In this document: in pieces, positions 1-13,250 of the stretch | Layout of the letters: every line of letters begins with the position of its first letter | Position numbering within the stretch: the first letter of the stretch is position 1 | DNA from: Mytilus trossulus | Taxonomy: Eukaryota | DNA length: 64,000 nt | Direction of reading: 5' to 3' | NCBI RefSeq assembly: GCF_036588685.1 | Contig: NC_086378.1 | Coordinates: forward strand, 54,560,001 to 54,624,000 | Made by a program: the position numbers and the translations under genes | The notes under the pieces: generated by a model | Database searches by the model: none | The model's input: only the letters and a program-made list of their open reading frames with translations | What the model was told of the DNA's origin: nothing

Positions 1-305
1 TTTAGAACTGTTCTTCAGTCCTGACTGATTTGGTCAGTTCTGCTGACAGTTCTACAGTTAGAACTGACTCGTTTGGTCAGTTCTACCTAGAACAGTTTTA
101 GACAGTTCTACCCTAGAACTGATCCTGACAGTTCTACCTAGAACTGATTTAGTCAGTTCTACATAGAACTGATCCTGACAGTTCTACCTAGAACAGTTCT
201 AGGGTAGAACTGTTCTAGCTAGAACTGTTCTAGGACAGGTTAGAACAGTTCTATGACAGATTATTCTGACAGTTCTAATGAGAGGTTAGAACTGATCTCC
301 ACTGT
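1..305. repeat. Short-period TAGAACTG/CAGTTCTA repeat in both orientations; probably the end of a MITE cut by the window edge
   Basis: Many agaac(t/a)g and cagttct motifs. Confidence 0.6.
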
Positions 306-608
306 ATTTCATTTACTGTTATCTGTTATTATCCCTATTCAATTCCTTGTTATCTGTTTTTCACAAAATCAATTCACTGTTTTGCTGTTATGGGGACCCC
401 CCTTGCCCCCCCCCCCTCTTCAATTATGTTCTGTCTCGTTGTATGGCATACGATACAGTTACAGCGGAGGTAATGACGTTGCTAACGTAAGTTGTTATTT
501 TCGCGACATCAAACTATCATGACTTATCGGGAAAATATTCAGTTTTCGACTAATTTTTATCATTCAAACTAATTTAACTTGAAAACGAGTTCATGGACCC
601 CTTTTTTT

Positions 609-2410
609 TAGCTCACCTGACCCAAAGGGGGCCAAGTTAGCTTTTCTCATCACTTGGCGTCCGTCGTCCGTCGTCGTCCGTCGTCGTCGTCGTCGTCCGG
701 CGTTAGCTTTTACAAAAATCTTCTCCTCTGAAACTACTGGGCCAAATTAAACCAAACTTGGCCACAATAATCATTGGGATATCTAGTTTAAAAATGTGTC
801 CGGTGACCCCGCCAACCAACCAAGATGGCCGCCATGGCTAAAAATAGAACATAGGGGTAAAATACAGTTTTTGGCTTATAGCTCAAAAACCAAAGCATTT
901 AGAGAAAATCTGACAGGGGAAAAACTGTTTATCAGGTCAAGATCTATCTGCCCTGAAATTTTCAGATGAATCGGAAAACCCGTTGTTGGGTTGCTGTCCC
1001 TAAATTGGTAATTTTAAGGAAATTTTACTGTTTTTGGTTATTATCTTTAATAATATTATAGATAGAGATAAACTGTGAACAGCAATAATGTTCAGCAAAG
1101 TAAGATTTACAAATAAGTCAACATGACCGAAATGGTCAGTTGACCCCTTTAGGAGTTATTGCCCTTTATAGTCAATTTTTAACCATTTTACGTAAATCTT
1201 AGTAATCTTTTACAAATATCTCCTCTGAAACTACTGGGCCAAATTAAACCAAACTCGGCCACAATCATCATTGGGGTATCTAGTTTAAAAAATGTGTCCG
1301 GTGACCCCGCCAACCAACCAAGATGGCCGCCATGGCTAAAAATAGAATATAGGGGTAAAATACAGTTTGTATGCCCCACCTACGATAGTAGAGGGGCATT
1401 ATGTTTTCTGGTCTGTGCGTCTGTTCGTCCGTCTGTTAGTTCGTCCGTTCGTTCGTCTGTCCGTTCGTTCGTCGTACCGTTCGTTCGTCCGTCTGTCCCG
1501 CTTCAGGTTAAAGTTTTTGGTCAAGGTAGTTTTTGATGAAGTTGAAGTCCAATCAACTTGACACTTAGTACACATGTTCCTTATGATATGATCTTTCTAA
1601 TTTTAAAGCCAAATTAAACTTTTGACCCCAATTTCACGGTCCACTGAACATAGAAAATGAAAGTGCATGTTTCAGGTTAAAGTTTTTGGTCAAGGAAGTT
1701 TTTGATGAAGTTGAGGTCCAATCAACTTGAAACTTGGTACACATGTTCCCTATGATATTATCTTTCTAATTTTAATGCCTAATTATATTTTTTATTCAAT
1801 TTCACGGTCCATTGAATATGGAAAATGATAGTGCGAGTGGGGCATCCGTGTACCTTAGACACATTCTTGTTGACTTATAACTCAAAAACCAAAGCATTTA
1901 GAAAATTTCTGACATGTGGTAAAATTGTTTATCAGGTCAAGATCTATCTGCCCTGAAATTTTCAGATGAATCAGACAACCCGTTGCTGGGTTGCTGCCCC
2001 TGAATTGGTAATTTTAAGGAAATTTTGCTGTTTTTGGTCATTATCTTGAATATTATTATAGATAGAGATAAACTGTAAACATCATTAATGTTCAGCAAAG
2101 TAAGATTTACACATAAGTCAATATGACTGAAGTGGTCAATTGACCCCCTAAGGAGTTATTGTCCTTTATAGTCAATTTTTAACAATTTTCATAAAATTTG
2201 TAAATTTTTACTAACATTTTCCACTGAAACTAATGGGCCAAGTTCATTATTGATAGAGATAATTGCAAATTGCAAGAATGTTCAGTAAAGTAAGATGTAC
2301 AAACACATCACCATCACCAAAAAATAATTTTGTCATGAATCCATCTGCTTCCTTTCTTAAAAACTCACATATACTTAGGTGAGCGACACAGGCTCTTTAG
2401 AGCCTCTAGT
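609..2410 (+). mobile_element. HINE (non-autonomous Helentron-like) element with internal repeats
   Basis: Subterminal IRs GCTCACCT (611) and AGGTGAGC (2377), (GTC)n microsatellite, duplicated core, 3' stem-loop AGGCTCT-tt-AGAGCCT, T-run insertion site. Confidence 0.75.
1368..1870 (+). mobile_element. Second HINE family nested inside the first
   Basis: Subterminal IRs ATGCCCCAC (1371) and GTGGGGCAT (1837), (GTCC/GTTC)n microsatellite, two ~170-bp core repeats, 3' hairpin; interrupts host sequence tacagttt|tgacttata. Confidence 0.75.
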
Positions 2411-4018
2411 TTAAAATGTCATTTGGTTTGTTTAAGTAAGAAGATGGTGTGTGCCAATTTTCATCTAAAACGTAAATAGTGCAATTTTTTAAAATTTTGA
2501 TAAATATATAGCAAAAAATATCGTTTTTTTTTCTCAATTCATGAACATTTGATAAATATGAGTTATTTCTGAATAAAAAATGCATAAATTTTTAGGATAC
2601 TTACAACATAAAGAAATTACATTTTATTTAACAAAAAACAAATTGTGTTTATCTTTTAAAACAAAAAAGTTACGTCTTTGTTTCGAAATCGATAATACAA
2701 CCTCATTTTACTCAAAAGTAGCATATGAAGGTACATTTTTTATTACATATTTGATTTAATCAGGTAAAAAGTAAATGTAAATCAGGATCAAAACTGTATC
2801 GTATGCCCTTAACTGATAATAACTATTGGTCGACTCGGGTCGGTACTGTAATATTGTTCCTTATATGCCGTAGTAAGACGTTTCTCCTGTCCGGGTCATA
2901 TACCTAATTTAAAATCTCATTGTACCCAAAAGAACTTTACCAAATCATAAGGCAACCAATCAAAACCGTACATCTATATATCCATTTGGTGTGACGGCAA
3001 AGTACAGTAAATTGATCATCCGTTACGATAGACAAACACAGCTGATCTGCAAAGTATACCAACTACTTGCTACGGTACATAATGCACTGTGTCACAACCC
3101 TAGTTAAATGCATTACAAAATACAAGATGAACGAAAGCTAAAAAACAAAAAAGAGACCATATGACACAGAAATTAACAACTATAGGTCACTGTACGTCCT
3201 TCAACAATAAGCCAAACCCATACCACATAGTCGGCTATAAAAGGCCCCGAAATGACAATGTAAAACAATTCAAACGAGAAAAATAACGGCCTTATCTATG
3301 TTTATTATAACCTTGTTGTTAGAGTGGTCTTACATGTAATTAACTTCCCTGTGTAAGCGGTGTTGCCCTTATGTTTCAGATGCAGGGGTTCGAATCTCAC
3401 TAATAGAAGAACAAAAATTGGCTAATTTAAAATTGTAGATTTAACATGACTTTGCTATTTAGAGACGAAGTATAAATACATTATGGTGTTAGTCCTGTAT
3501 AATCACAGGAGAACGTCTGTCGGGGATTGACAAAAATGCAACAGTCTTTTTATTCCTTGACATTTTGAATCCAGGGACACTGACATAAATCTAAAGAGAA
3601 AGAGAGTACTTTATATTATTATGTTACGAACTACGATCGCTCGATTAACCCTGATATCATTTGGAATTCATTAAGTTTTGTCACTCTTCTAGTTTTGACA
3701 TTAAAAAATGTGAACAGTTTAAATACATTATACTGAGGTACATAAACAATAAATGCTTCACTCATTTCACCATTAGATTGTTTTAACTGAGGTGTCAACG
3801 ATTTTAAGGTATGTTTTACACATTTATGTATTGAAATGTATACACAAAAATTAACAATAAACAAAAACCGTTTATTTTTCAAGATGAATTAAATTGCTGG
3901 CAGTTTTTTTTTCTAGTTAATGACACGCGTTAGTAATAAAAGGGGATGTAGATAAAGAAGATAAAAGTTGACCAAGCTAACTAGTAGTGTCTATTCCAAG
4001 TCAGAGAGCTAGTTATTG

Positions 4019-4763
4019 GACAAGGAACTTAGGCGTTTGTCTTAGAAGATTACAATTTTCAAAAAAGACAAAATTATTGGATAATTATTTTATTCAATTA
4101 GTTGTTTGTTATTGTCACCAAGTTTTTTGTCTGTAAACTTACAGTTGAACGTGTTTTTAATGCATAATACGTCATTCTGAAAATGCCTGTATTTGAGATG
4201 TTTAAAACGTTAATAAAACAAATGTATTAACACAAATGCTGAACACCAGGTTAAATTGAAATGGGGGACGTCCGACTATATCAACCTATGGGAAGAATGT
4301 AAAACAACTGTCACATTCCTGATTTAAAGCGTTTGTTGCTATTTTTCCTGTGACAAAGAATGTTGGTTGTTCTCGTTGTTAGTTTGCTGTATCATTGACA
4401 TGTTTACCACGTCTTTTTTTGTATTCCTACTTTATAAATTAAAAGTAACATATTCATATTGATAAAACTGAAAGGACAAGGTTCACTTTAGACTTATTAT
4501 GGCTCTGAGTTAATTTTATCATTGGATTATAAAATTGCCATATTCAGGTCTTTTATTGGATCTGTTTCAAAAGCCTAACTTCTTTGAAATACATGTATAA
4601 ATCTCTTCATAATAGTACAGTTTTGGCTTTAAAATCAGCACAGTTTGGATATATTGTCAAATACGATAATTTTGCGCATTGTTCGGACCTTAAAGCTTGA
4701 AGGAACCCTTGACCGTAACGTAGGATCCACAATGTTCTGTAACCAAGAGTTGACTATAATGTT
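4019..4763 (+). repeat. 745-bp direct repeat, copy 1
   Basis: Near-identical to 6279-7026. Confidence 0.9.
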
Positions 4764-4872
4764 TGGTTTTTTTTTAATGTTGAGGTCTTTATATTGGTGG
4801 GGGTAGGGGTTTCTGCTTTGAGAAATTACTCTGATAACAGATATTTTGTATTTTCTTACTAAATTATTCATC

Positions 4873-6089
4873 CAGGGGCGGATCCAGAACCTTGATGTCT
4901 AGGGGGGCACCATGAAACCAAAATTTTAGATTTTTTAGAGATGTATATATGGTATATGCGTGTGAGTGTTTTGTTTTTTGGTTGTTTTAAGAAGGATCAG
5001 ATCAGATCATCGTTTCTATATCTTTATATTTCTAGATCTTTTATTGTTTTTATTTATTTCACTTTATACTTTCTTTCTGCCAATAGATCTTTATTATATT
5101 TGTCCTCAACATGCATCAAATATTTGCCACTGGACGTCAAACAACATACAATCAATCAATATTTTCTACCATCACTTCTATATTTGTTTGACCTTGCTTC
5201 CAACCTTACTTTTTTGTAAAATATTCTAATTTCTGTAAAACACCTTCATATCCTTACAAATGGTGACCTTTTTTTAGCCTCGTACATGTACATGGCAATT
5301 GAAACAAGAAAAATAAACAAATATAACTATATGCTCGAGCATTTAAAGAAATGATTAAGTCCCAGATTCAGTTACAAAAGTTTAATAAGAAAATGTCAAC
5401 TCATCATGTTTTCCTAGGCCGTTGGAAAAGGGGGGGGGTGCAATTCTCGATTTCCCATGTAAAATAAGAGGGAGGGAAATAGGACATTCCATTTAAAAAA
5501 CAAACGTGTATGGTATTATAAAATAATAAATGATTTGATTTATTGCTGCATAAATTCACAAAAAGACGGTTTTGAAGAGAGAAAAAACATAAATTCTAAA
5601 TAAAATGGTATTGTGAGTACTGTATTTTGAAATGAAGAGAAACTAAGTACTATTAAAATATAGATGTATACCAACATTAAACATATAATTTGTACCTAAT
5701 CTTTAAAGGTACACAGATCAGGAGTTTCACCTGGTAATCGATCTTAATCTGTATTGTATAATTATAAACCAATAAAAATTTGTACTATTCCAATCAACAT
5801 GTATATGTATTTTCCATAATTTAAGCTTCCAAAGAGACATTAAAAACACACAAAAGTGTCAATATTTACACACCCATCGATAAGTTGTCATAAATCACGC
5901 ATGTGGACGCTGGCATTAATTAACGACCAGTTTAAGAAGTCAAATCAAGCTGTGATTCATTTCCGCTCTAGATAAGAAGATTCAGTAGCAATAAAATTAT
6001 GTTAGAAATTATTTTTTTGGTGACCTGAACTGGGGGGGGGGGGGCACGTGCCCCCTGTGCCCCCCCCCCCCCCGGTAAATCCGCCACTG
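4873..6089. mobile_element. MITE/non-autonomous DNA transposon with 5-bp TSD
   Basis: Ends CAGGGGCGGAT... and ...ATCCGCCACTG flanked by TCATC (4868-4872, 6090-6094). Confidence 0.7.
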
Positions 6090-6278
6090 TCATCCATATT
6101 TTGACTGGTTACGTTATAGAGCTTGAATATCGAAAAGATACATATATAGTGTTGAAGGGTATAATAAAATTTAATATGTTATCTGATAAACAGGTTAAAA
6201 AACAACATTAGTTGCGCTACAATTGCTTATTGAATAAAAGGAAATTTTAACGTATAGCAAACTTCTTCAAAACATGCA

Positions 6279-7026
6279 GACAAGGAACTTAGACGTTTGT
6301 CATAGAAGATTACAATTTTCAAAAAAGACAAAAATATTGGATAATTATTTTACTTCAACTAGTTGTATGTTATTGTCACCAAGTTTTTCGTCTGTAAACT
6401 TACAGTTGAACGTGTTTTTAATGCATAATACGTCATTCTGAAAATGCCTGTATTTGAGATGTTTAAAACGTTAGTAAAACAAATGTATTAACACAATTGC
6501 TGAACACCAGGTTAAATTGAAATGGGGGACGTCCGACTATATCAACCTATGGAAAGAATGTAAAACAACCGTCACATTCCTGATTTAAAGCGTTTGTTGT
6601 TATTTTTTCCTGTGACAAAGAATGTTGGTTATTCTCGTTGTTAGTTTGCTGTATCATTGACATGTTTACCACGTCTTTTTTTGTATTCCTACTTTATAAA
6701 TTAGAAGTAACATATTCATATTGATAAAACTGAAAGGACAAGGTTCACTTTAGACTTATTATGGCTCTGAGTTAATTTTATCATTGGATTATAAAATTGC
6801 CATATTCAGGTCTTTTATTGGATCTGTTTCAAAAGCCTAACTTCTTTGAAATACATGTATAAATCTCTTCATAAGAGTACAGTTTTGGCTTTAAAATCAG
6901 CACAGTTTGGATATATTGTCAAAATACGATAATTTTGCGCATTGTTCGGACCTTAAAGCTTGAAGGAACCCTTGACCGTTACGTAGGATCCACAATGTTA
7001 TGTAACCAAGAGTTGACTATAATGTT
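6279..7026 (+). repeat. Direct repeat, copy 2 (748 bp)
   Basis: Near-identical to 4019-4763. Confidence 0.9.
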
Positions 7027-8001
7027 ATTGAATCACTAAACACAAACGTTTTGTGGATCTTGAGTGGCGGCCAAAGTAAATTTGCTTAAAACTGTTAAGA
7101 ATTATTAAAAATTTGATCAAAACTGACACTACAACACAATATTATCCTTTGAATAGACATCAATGATATCATGGATATAGCAACCCGGTCAACAACAAAA
7201 TTAACAAAGCACAAAATGTGTTAAACTCCGCCATATTCTTTATATTCATATAAATAAAGAGACGTTGTATGCGTGCTCATAATCAGAAGTGGTTGACTTT
7301 TCATCAATATTTGTTATATGTTTAATTGTTTCAAGCTCAGACCCAACCGTTGGTGATATCTTTCAAATGTTTATATATTAAGTTTCATTCTATTCCTTTT
7401 AATATTTGCTATATGGTATGGGCTTCGTGCGTTGTTGAAGGTCGTACCGTGATCTATAGTTATTTACATACTCTGTGGTCTCCGGTGAATAGTTGCATGT
7501 TGGCAATTATACAAACATTGTTTTTAGAGAGAATATTTTAAGGGCAACATAGAGGCATAAACACTAAGTCAGACGTGTTTAATACAATTTGCTTTTCTAC
7601 TATATATTAAAATGTATTTCATAATATAGCATAACTTAAAAATGATTTTTTTATGTAATGTTCGTAGGCTTGTTTAATCGATAATTTTCGGCTATTTTGC
7701 AATGTTTTTGAATAGTGCGATATTGCAGCGGCTGGTCAAATTGTCAAACACAGTGTACAGTACTTCGGAATGATCTAACTGTCCAAAAACTAAAAAGAGA
7801 CATAAACTATATACGTAGGAACTACTAAAAAGGGGGGGGGGAAACGAAATTAAAGTGTAGTTTTTTAATGTTTAAATAGAAGGTAACCCTAGTAAAAAAG
7901 TATCCACATACAGCATTTAAGGACATATATGATTAAAGTTAAACTTTAGAAAGCTTATACTTATTTCTATGTAACGTATGCGTGGACTTATATATGGGGA
8001 G

Positions 8002-8132
8002 CAGTGGCGGATCCAGGGGGGACCGATTGATTGGAACCAGATCAATGCATTTGAATGGGGACTTATAGTTGGACCCCCCTTTTTGTCCTGGGTTGGGACC
8101 CCTCTTTTTTAAAATGTCTGGATCCGCCCCTG
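8002..8132. mobile_element. 131-bp MITE, same TIR type, 5-bp TSD
   Basis: CAGTGGCGGATCCAG ... CTGGATCCGCCCCTG flanked by GGGAG (7997-8001, 8133-8137). Confidence 0.75.
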
Positions 8133-8420
8133 GGGAGCATGCATAGCAGGAGACGCTTACCCTGTTGAACCCGTTCTTGCTCACTTTTGGTTAATGTCAT
8201 TCCCTCAATTTTTTATTGTAACCTTGATTTGTACCTTATATATATATTTTTTAGATTCTAACATCGATAATCTACTGATGCCTGACTTAATCTATCTTAA
8301 TAGGTTATTACAATAAGACAACATGTATCTTTGATTCAGACGAGTAGCTTATTTTATAGAAAATGATGAAATGTTTTGCTAACGCTGCATCATTTTATAT
8401 TTTTTTTTCAGGAAGCTAAG

Positions 8421-8780
8421 ATGAGGATTTCCACTCTTTTAACAGTTGCAATATGTATCATAATTACCATAACTTCTATAATGGCACAATTTAATGTCGA
8501 CATTGCTGGTGGCGGCGGCGGCGGCGGCGGTGGACCTAACGCTCCAGGCGGGAGAGGAGGAGATGTAATTACAAACATAAGAATTAATGGAGGTGGAAGA
8601 TTCTTTCGTGGGGGAGGTAATGATCAAGGCGGAAGAGGAAACCAAAGAGGCAATGGAAGAGGAAATAATAGAGGAAACGGAAGAGGAAATAGTAGAGGAA
8701 ATGGTAGAGGAAATAATAGAGGAAATGGTAGAGGAAATGGAAGAGGGAATGGACGTGGTAAAGGTAAAGGAAGAGGTTGA
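8421..8780 (+). CDS. Secreted Gly-rich cationic protein, paralog 1 (119 aa; 1 G9 module; RGN(G/N/S) repeat tail)
   Basis: Acceptor ttttttttcAG (8410-8411) 9 nt before ATG 8421; hydrophobic signal peptide MRISTLLTVAICIIITITSIMA; module NVDIA-G9-PNAP-GGRGG-DVITNIRI; TGA 8778-8780; AATAAA at 8797. The ORF-track start (8376) is intronic. Confidence 0.88.
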   Translation: MRISTLLTVAICIIITITSIMAQFNVDIAGGGGGGGGGPNAPGGRGGDVITNIRINGGGRFFRGGGNDQGGRGNQRGNGRGNNRGNGRGNSRGNGRGNNRGNGRGNGRGNGRGKGKGRG

Positions 8781-11700
8781 AAGAAGTGAAGTCAAGAATA
8801 AAAACTTCACCCGTATATGACTTTGAATTACACAGCTTTGATGAAATGGTGTAGATAATGACAAAGCTATTCATATTTTTGTTGTTGTTTTTAGTTGTGT
8901 TTTTGTTGTTGTTGTGTGTGTGTGTGTGGTTTTTTTTATACAGTTGTTGCTCTCGATCTTCTTTAAAACTTCAGTAACCATATCCTGACATGTCAGCTTA
9001 ACACAAAACGAAGTGATTTGCCCAACACTGAAAGGACTATTTATAGGCATTAGAAGATGTTCAGAGATAACGGATTTTATAGTATTTTTTCACGTGTAAG
9101 AAAACATTGTGAATAAAATTAGTTTTCACTTCATCTTTTTGTCTACAATGAAGTACCATATGTCTTCACCGAACATAATCAGATTTGCAAAACTGTACCT
9201 GGTAGATTCAAATCAAATTGTTTTAGATCTATATAGATCTGTTAACGAATTATACTAGAATCGTTAGCGAGCTCTATGATTCTGATGGGCCGCACATTAC
9301 GAGTTTCTGTATTAAACTTTAACAGGTATACATGTATATGAAAAAAGAGATATTCGCGCGTACGACACGTGTTTCTGGAATAAACTTTATACAGAAACAA
9401 AAAGATGTGGTATGAGTGCCAATGAGACAACTCTCAATCTAAGTCACAATTTTTAAACAGTAAAACATTTTAGGTCAAAGTACGATCTTCTACAAGTTAC
9501 ATTCAAGTTCAACTCGAAGTATGGAAAGCCATCAATGTGAAATGCGAAAGAGGTCAACTTTTTTTAATAAAAGATACTTGAACAGAACAACCAAAAACTG
9601 CATAAAAACCAATTCCCAGGAAAAAGATATCTGAGCGCTCATAAGCATGTTTAACCCCGCTACATTCTATAGGTACCTGTCCCAAGTAAGGAACCTGTTA
9701 TTTAGGGAAAATCCTTGATTGCTGTCTTTTTCTGTTGTTTGTTTTATTTTTACACACAAACATATATAACCCCACCACATTATATGTGTGCCTATCACAT
9801 AGTAAGGAACCTGTTATTTAGGGATAGTCCTTGGTTGCTGTCTTTTTCTGATGTTATTTTTATTTTTACACGGAAACATATTCAACCCAACCACATCTAT
9901 TTGTGCCTTTCACTTAGTAATGCACCTATAATTCAGCAAAAGTTGTTGGTTGCTGTCTTTCATATTTTTTTTTCATTTATTGTTGTTTACAAAACACAGA
10001 CCGTGGGTTTCCTCGTTAGAATTGTTCCACATTTTGTCACATCGGGCTCTTTATTAGCTGACTATATGATATGGGTTTTGCTCATTGTTGAATATCGTAC
10101 GGTGATCTATGGTGCTTATATCCATTTCATTCGGACTGAGGTGTAAAGTTCATACGGACATACCACATCTTATTCTATAACGTCAACTTCTATTAGATAA
10201 ACAACTCAGTCTGGCTTAGGTCTTGGAACACAGTTATTGTCCTTTATACGAATATAGTCCCTAGAATGGACAGTGTGTTACTTGCAATTTTTTCTTTACC
10301 CCTTCCAAATCTATGTCATCATGTTCATGTCTCAAATAGCACATTGGGTGATAAAATTACACTGTAAAACCATTTGGGTCATAAATTTTAAAGTAAAGAA
10401 GTGATTTTTGTCTAACTGAAAAAGGGACAAAAGAGCATTTCGGAAGCTGTCAAAAGATTCCAAGACCCCCTATACATAAAACTTCCATATTTTGAGTTAT
10501 AGCTGATGAAGTTTTGAATAATTTTGATATAATTTGTCCCAAAAGTAGTACAACACACTGTAAAATATTATTGAGAAAGCGCAGGTGCTTTTTTTTTAAA
10601 TTTCCATGTATTGTCTCTACGTTATAACTGTGATCTCAGGCCATTAGTAGCGAATGATTTGGGGGTATGAATGAATTTCCTCGTCACAAAGCCATCTAAA
10701 TATGATGATTTCTTTATAGCTACATTGTATGATGGTGACATGTAAAGAGAAGGTATTTATTATTTGTTGACGTCCACAATAAATTCATGTTGTGTTTCCT
10801 TGTAATAAATTTGACATTTATTTATTTTCCTCGCACTTGTTTGTAAAAGTTCAGACGTGAACGACCAACCATTTGAGAACCAGGTAAAGTTGTGTTATTT
10901 TGTATGATAATTATTCTTTCTACACATTTTTATGTAATAATTAATAGTTCTTTCTACACATTTTTATCTAGAATATAAAGATAGGCTAATTTACATATTT
11001 ACATAATTTTTTATGAGCGTTTAAACATTTTGACATAATTGTGAATTAATTTGTTGACGTCTTTATGATAGGTTTTACCTTATGATTATACACGGAGATA
11101 AATAAACACACTGACATATTATAATATATATTATATTATAAAATGCGGAAACGTAAATAACATTTAACAAAATCAATGTAAAAACAATGCAGAGAAGAGT
11201 ACTATAATTGTATAAAATCACGGACAATAAAAGTCACAATTTAGTTTTTGAGATTATTTTCTCTTCGAATAAGAAAAAACTTATTACTAGAAAATATTTT
11301 GTATTTTTCTTGAACTATTATACGTAAACAAAATTTATCAAAAATATGAATAATGATAAAATATTTTTTTAAGAAAACAAAATGTCAAATCATTTTACCT
11401 TTGGAGAATGGATCCCCTGTTTCTATATGAAAATTCATTTTTGCTCGTTTCTCAATTGCATATATTCTGTGAAAATTTACCTTCTTTTCACTTTTGTGTT
11501 TTGCTTTTTTAATACGATACTACAATGACAAAATTTCAGAGACTGAATTTTCGGCTCTCCCTTGACACCATTTGCGAGTATGGTCTTGAGGAAACGATGA
11601 TAGTCCGTCGGAAGGGAACGATCCACATGGTTGACCCGTGTTAAGAGAGAGCCATATCTCTTGCACGTAAAAGACACCCTTGTAGATTTTGCAAAGGAGC

Positions 11701-12062
11701 AGGATAATGCCGCTACAAGGCAGCACTTTTCCCCCATTCCACTTTAAATAAATATGTTTAAACTAAACTACAATGAGAGTAGTTTATGAAAAAAATAAAT
11801 ATGTTTAAACTAAACTACAATGAGAGTAGTTTATGAAAAAAAAACATTTACCAAAAATACCGAATTCAAGTCAATAACAAAAAGGGAAGTCCATAAAAAG
11901 CGACAAAATTGAACGCCATCAATCAACGGTAGAAGTGAACTAAATCTCAACCCTATGTTATTGTTTTGCAGGGTCAACTTTATTTACTACTGTCATTTCA
12001 ATATCGTATGGAAAAGAGCAAAAATACATTAGATAAGTTAAAATATCATGAATATTTACTAA

Positions 12063-13046
12063 AGCCTCGGTCACACCTTACCGGATAGCACGAACGGACG
12101 GCTATCGGATGAAAATAAAAGTTGTCCGTTGACAAAATTGTTATCCGTTTGGAGTCCGTTGATATACTGACCGAATAAAACGGACGTGTAACGAATGCAT
12201 AACGGACACACATCGGATATGCACCGGACGTTTAACGGAAACGTACCGGACAGAACGGATGTCTAACGTACATCCAACGGACGAGTACCGCATAGAACGG
12301 ACACCTAACGGAAGCGTACCGGATAAAACGGATGAATAAGATATACGGAAAAATTAAAGACGACAATAAGAATACATGTAAATCGCATAAATATTCAAAA
12401 GGTTTCTGTGTAACTAGTTTTGGTTTGTTCAAAATGCCGCCAAAGGGCAGTGTGTGGCCTGAATAAGAGCTGTTTGATTGTGAAGACGTTGCCTTTACTC
12501 TAAGATCGATTTTGAATGATAAGAATTCATGAACCTTCAGAAATCTGACATACCAATAATTGGCATTTCTGACGCGAAATTTTCAATTGGCATTTATCCG
12601 TTTCAGATCCGTTCATCATCCGTTTTATCAGTTATACGTCCGGTAGAAGTCCGTTTCTCATTCGTTCAACATCCGTTTTATCCGTTAAACGTCCGGTAGA
12701 AGTCCGTTGGTAAATTTATCTTCCAGACCTCCAACGGATGTATAACGGACACTGAACGGATACCAAACGGAAACGAAACGGATGAGCACCGTACAAAACG
12801 GACGCCTAACGGACGTTCAACGGACATTTTATCCGTTGGATGTCCGTTCAAAGTTTTGAACATGCTCAAAATTTTCCACCGGACAGAACGGACGTCGACG
12901 GATAAAACGTACGCTTAACGGACATGCAATGGATATGGACGGACGTCTAACGGATAAGAACGGACGTCTAACGGACATGAACGGATTGAAAATAAGTTAT
13001 CCGTTAGGCGTCCGTGCGAGCTATCCGGTAAGGTGTGACCGAGGGT
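12063..13046. mobile_element. PIF/Harbinger-like MITE with ACGGA-rich internal inverted repeats
   Basis: Long TIRs containing CCTCGGTCACACCTTACCGGATAGC at both ends; TAA on both flanks (12060-12062, 13047-13049). Confidence 0.75.
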
Positions 13047-13119
13047 TAAAAAAAAATCAATAAGGCAAAACAAAAAAAAATAGAAAAAGAGGAATCTGTT
13101 CCCCCTAAGAGCCTGTGAT

Positions 13120-13250
13120 TCATGATAACAAAATTGTGTCATGATTAATGCTTACAAAATTGTGTCATGTTTTATGATAACAAAATTGTGTCCTGGTTTA
13201 CTATCACAAAATTTTGTCATGGTTTATGATAACAAATTTGTGTCATGGTT
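13120..13250. repeat. ~29-bp minisatellite (acaaaattgtgtcatggttt)
   Basis: Five diverged copies. Confidence 0.7.

Noticed and set aside
253-1561. Short ORFs 253-522, 1188-1379, 1294-1536, 1367-1561
   Set aside because: Lie in repeats and HINE microsatellites; no coding signature.
8587-8820. Glu-rich 77-aa ORF overlapping paralog 1 in another frame
   Set aside because: By-product of the purine-rich AGAGGAAAT repeat; internal ATG, no counterpart in the other paralogs.
9715-10146. 143-aa hydrophobic ORF (also 17258-17671 and 30600-30935)
   Set aside because: Overlap interspersed repeats or AT-rich DNA; no recognisable domain or splice support.
10860-10890. CAG|GTAAAG as exon-1 donor of paralog 2 (and CAG|GTAACC at ~23100 for paralog 3)
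   Set aside because: Plausible donors, but no homology between them or other support, so not annotated.
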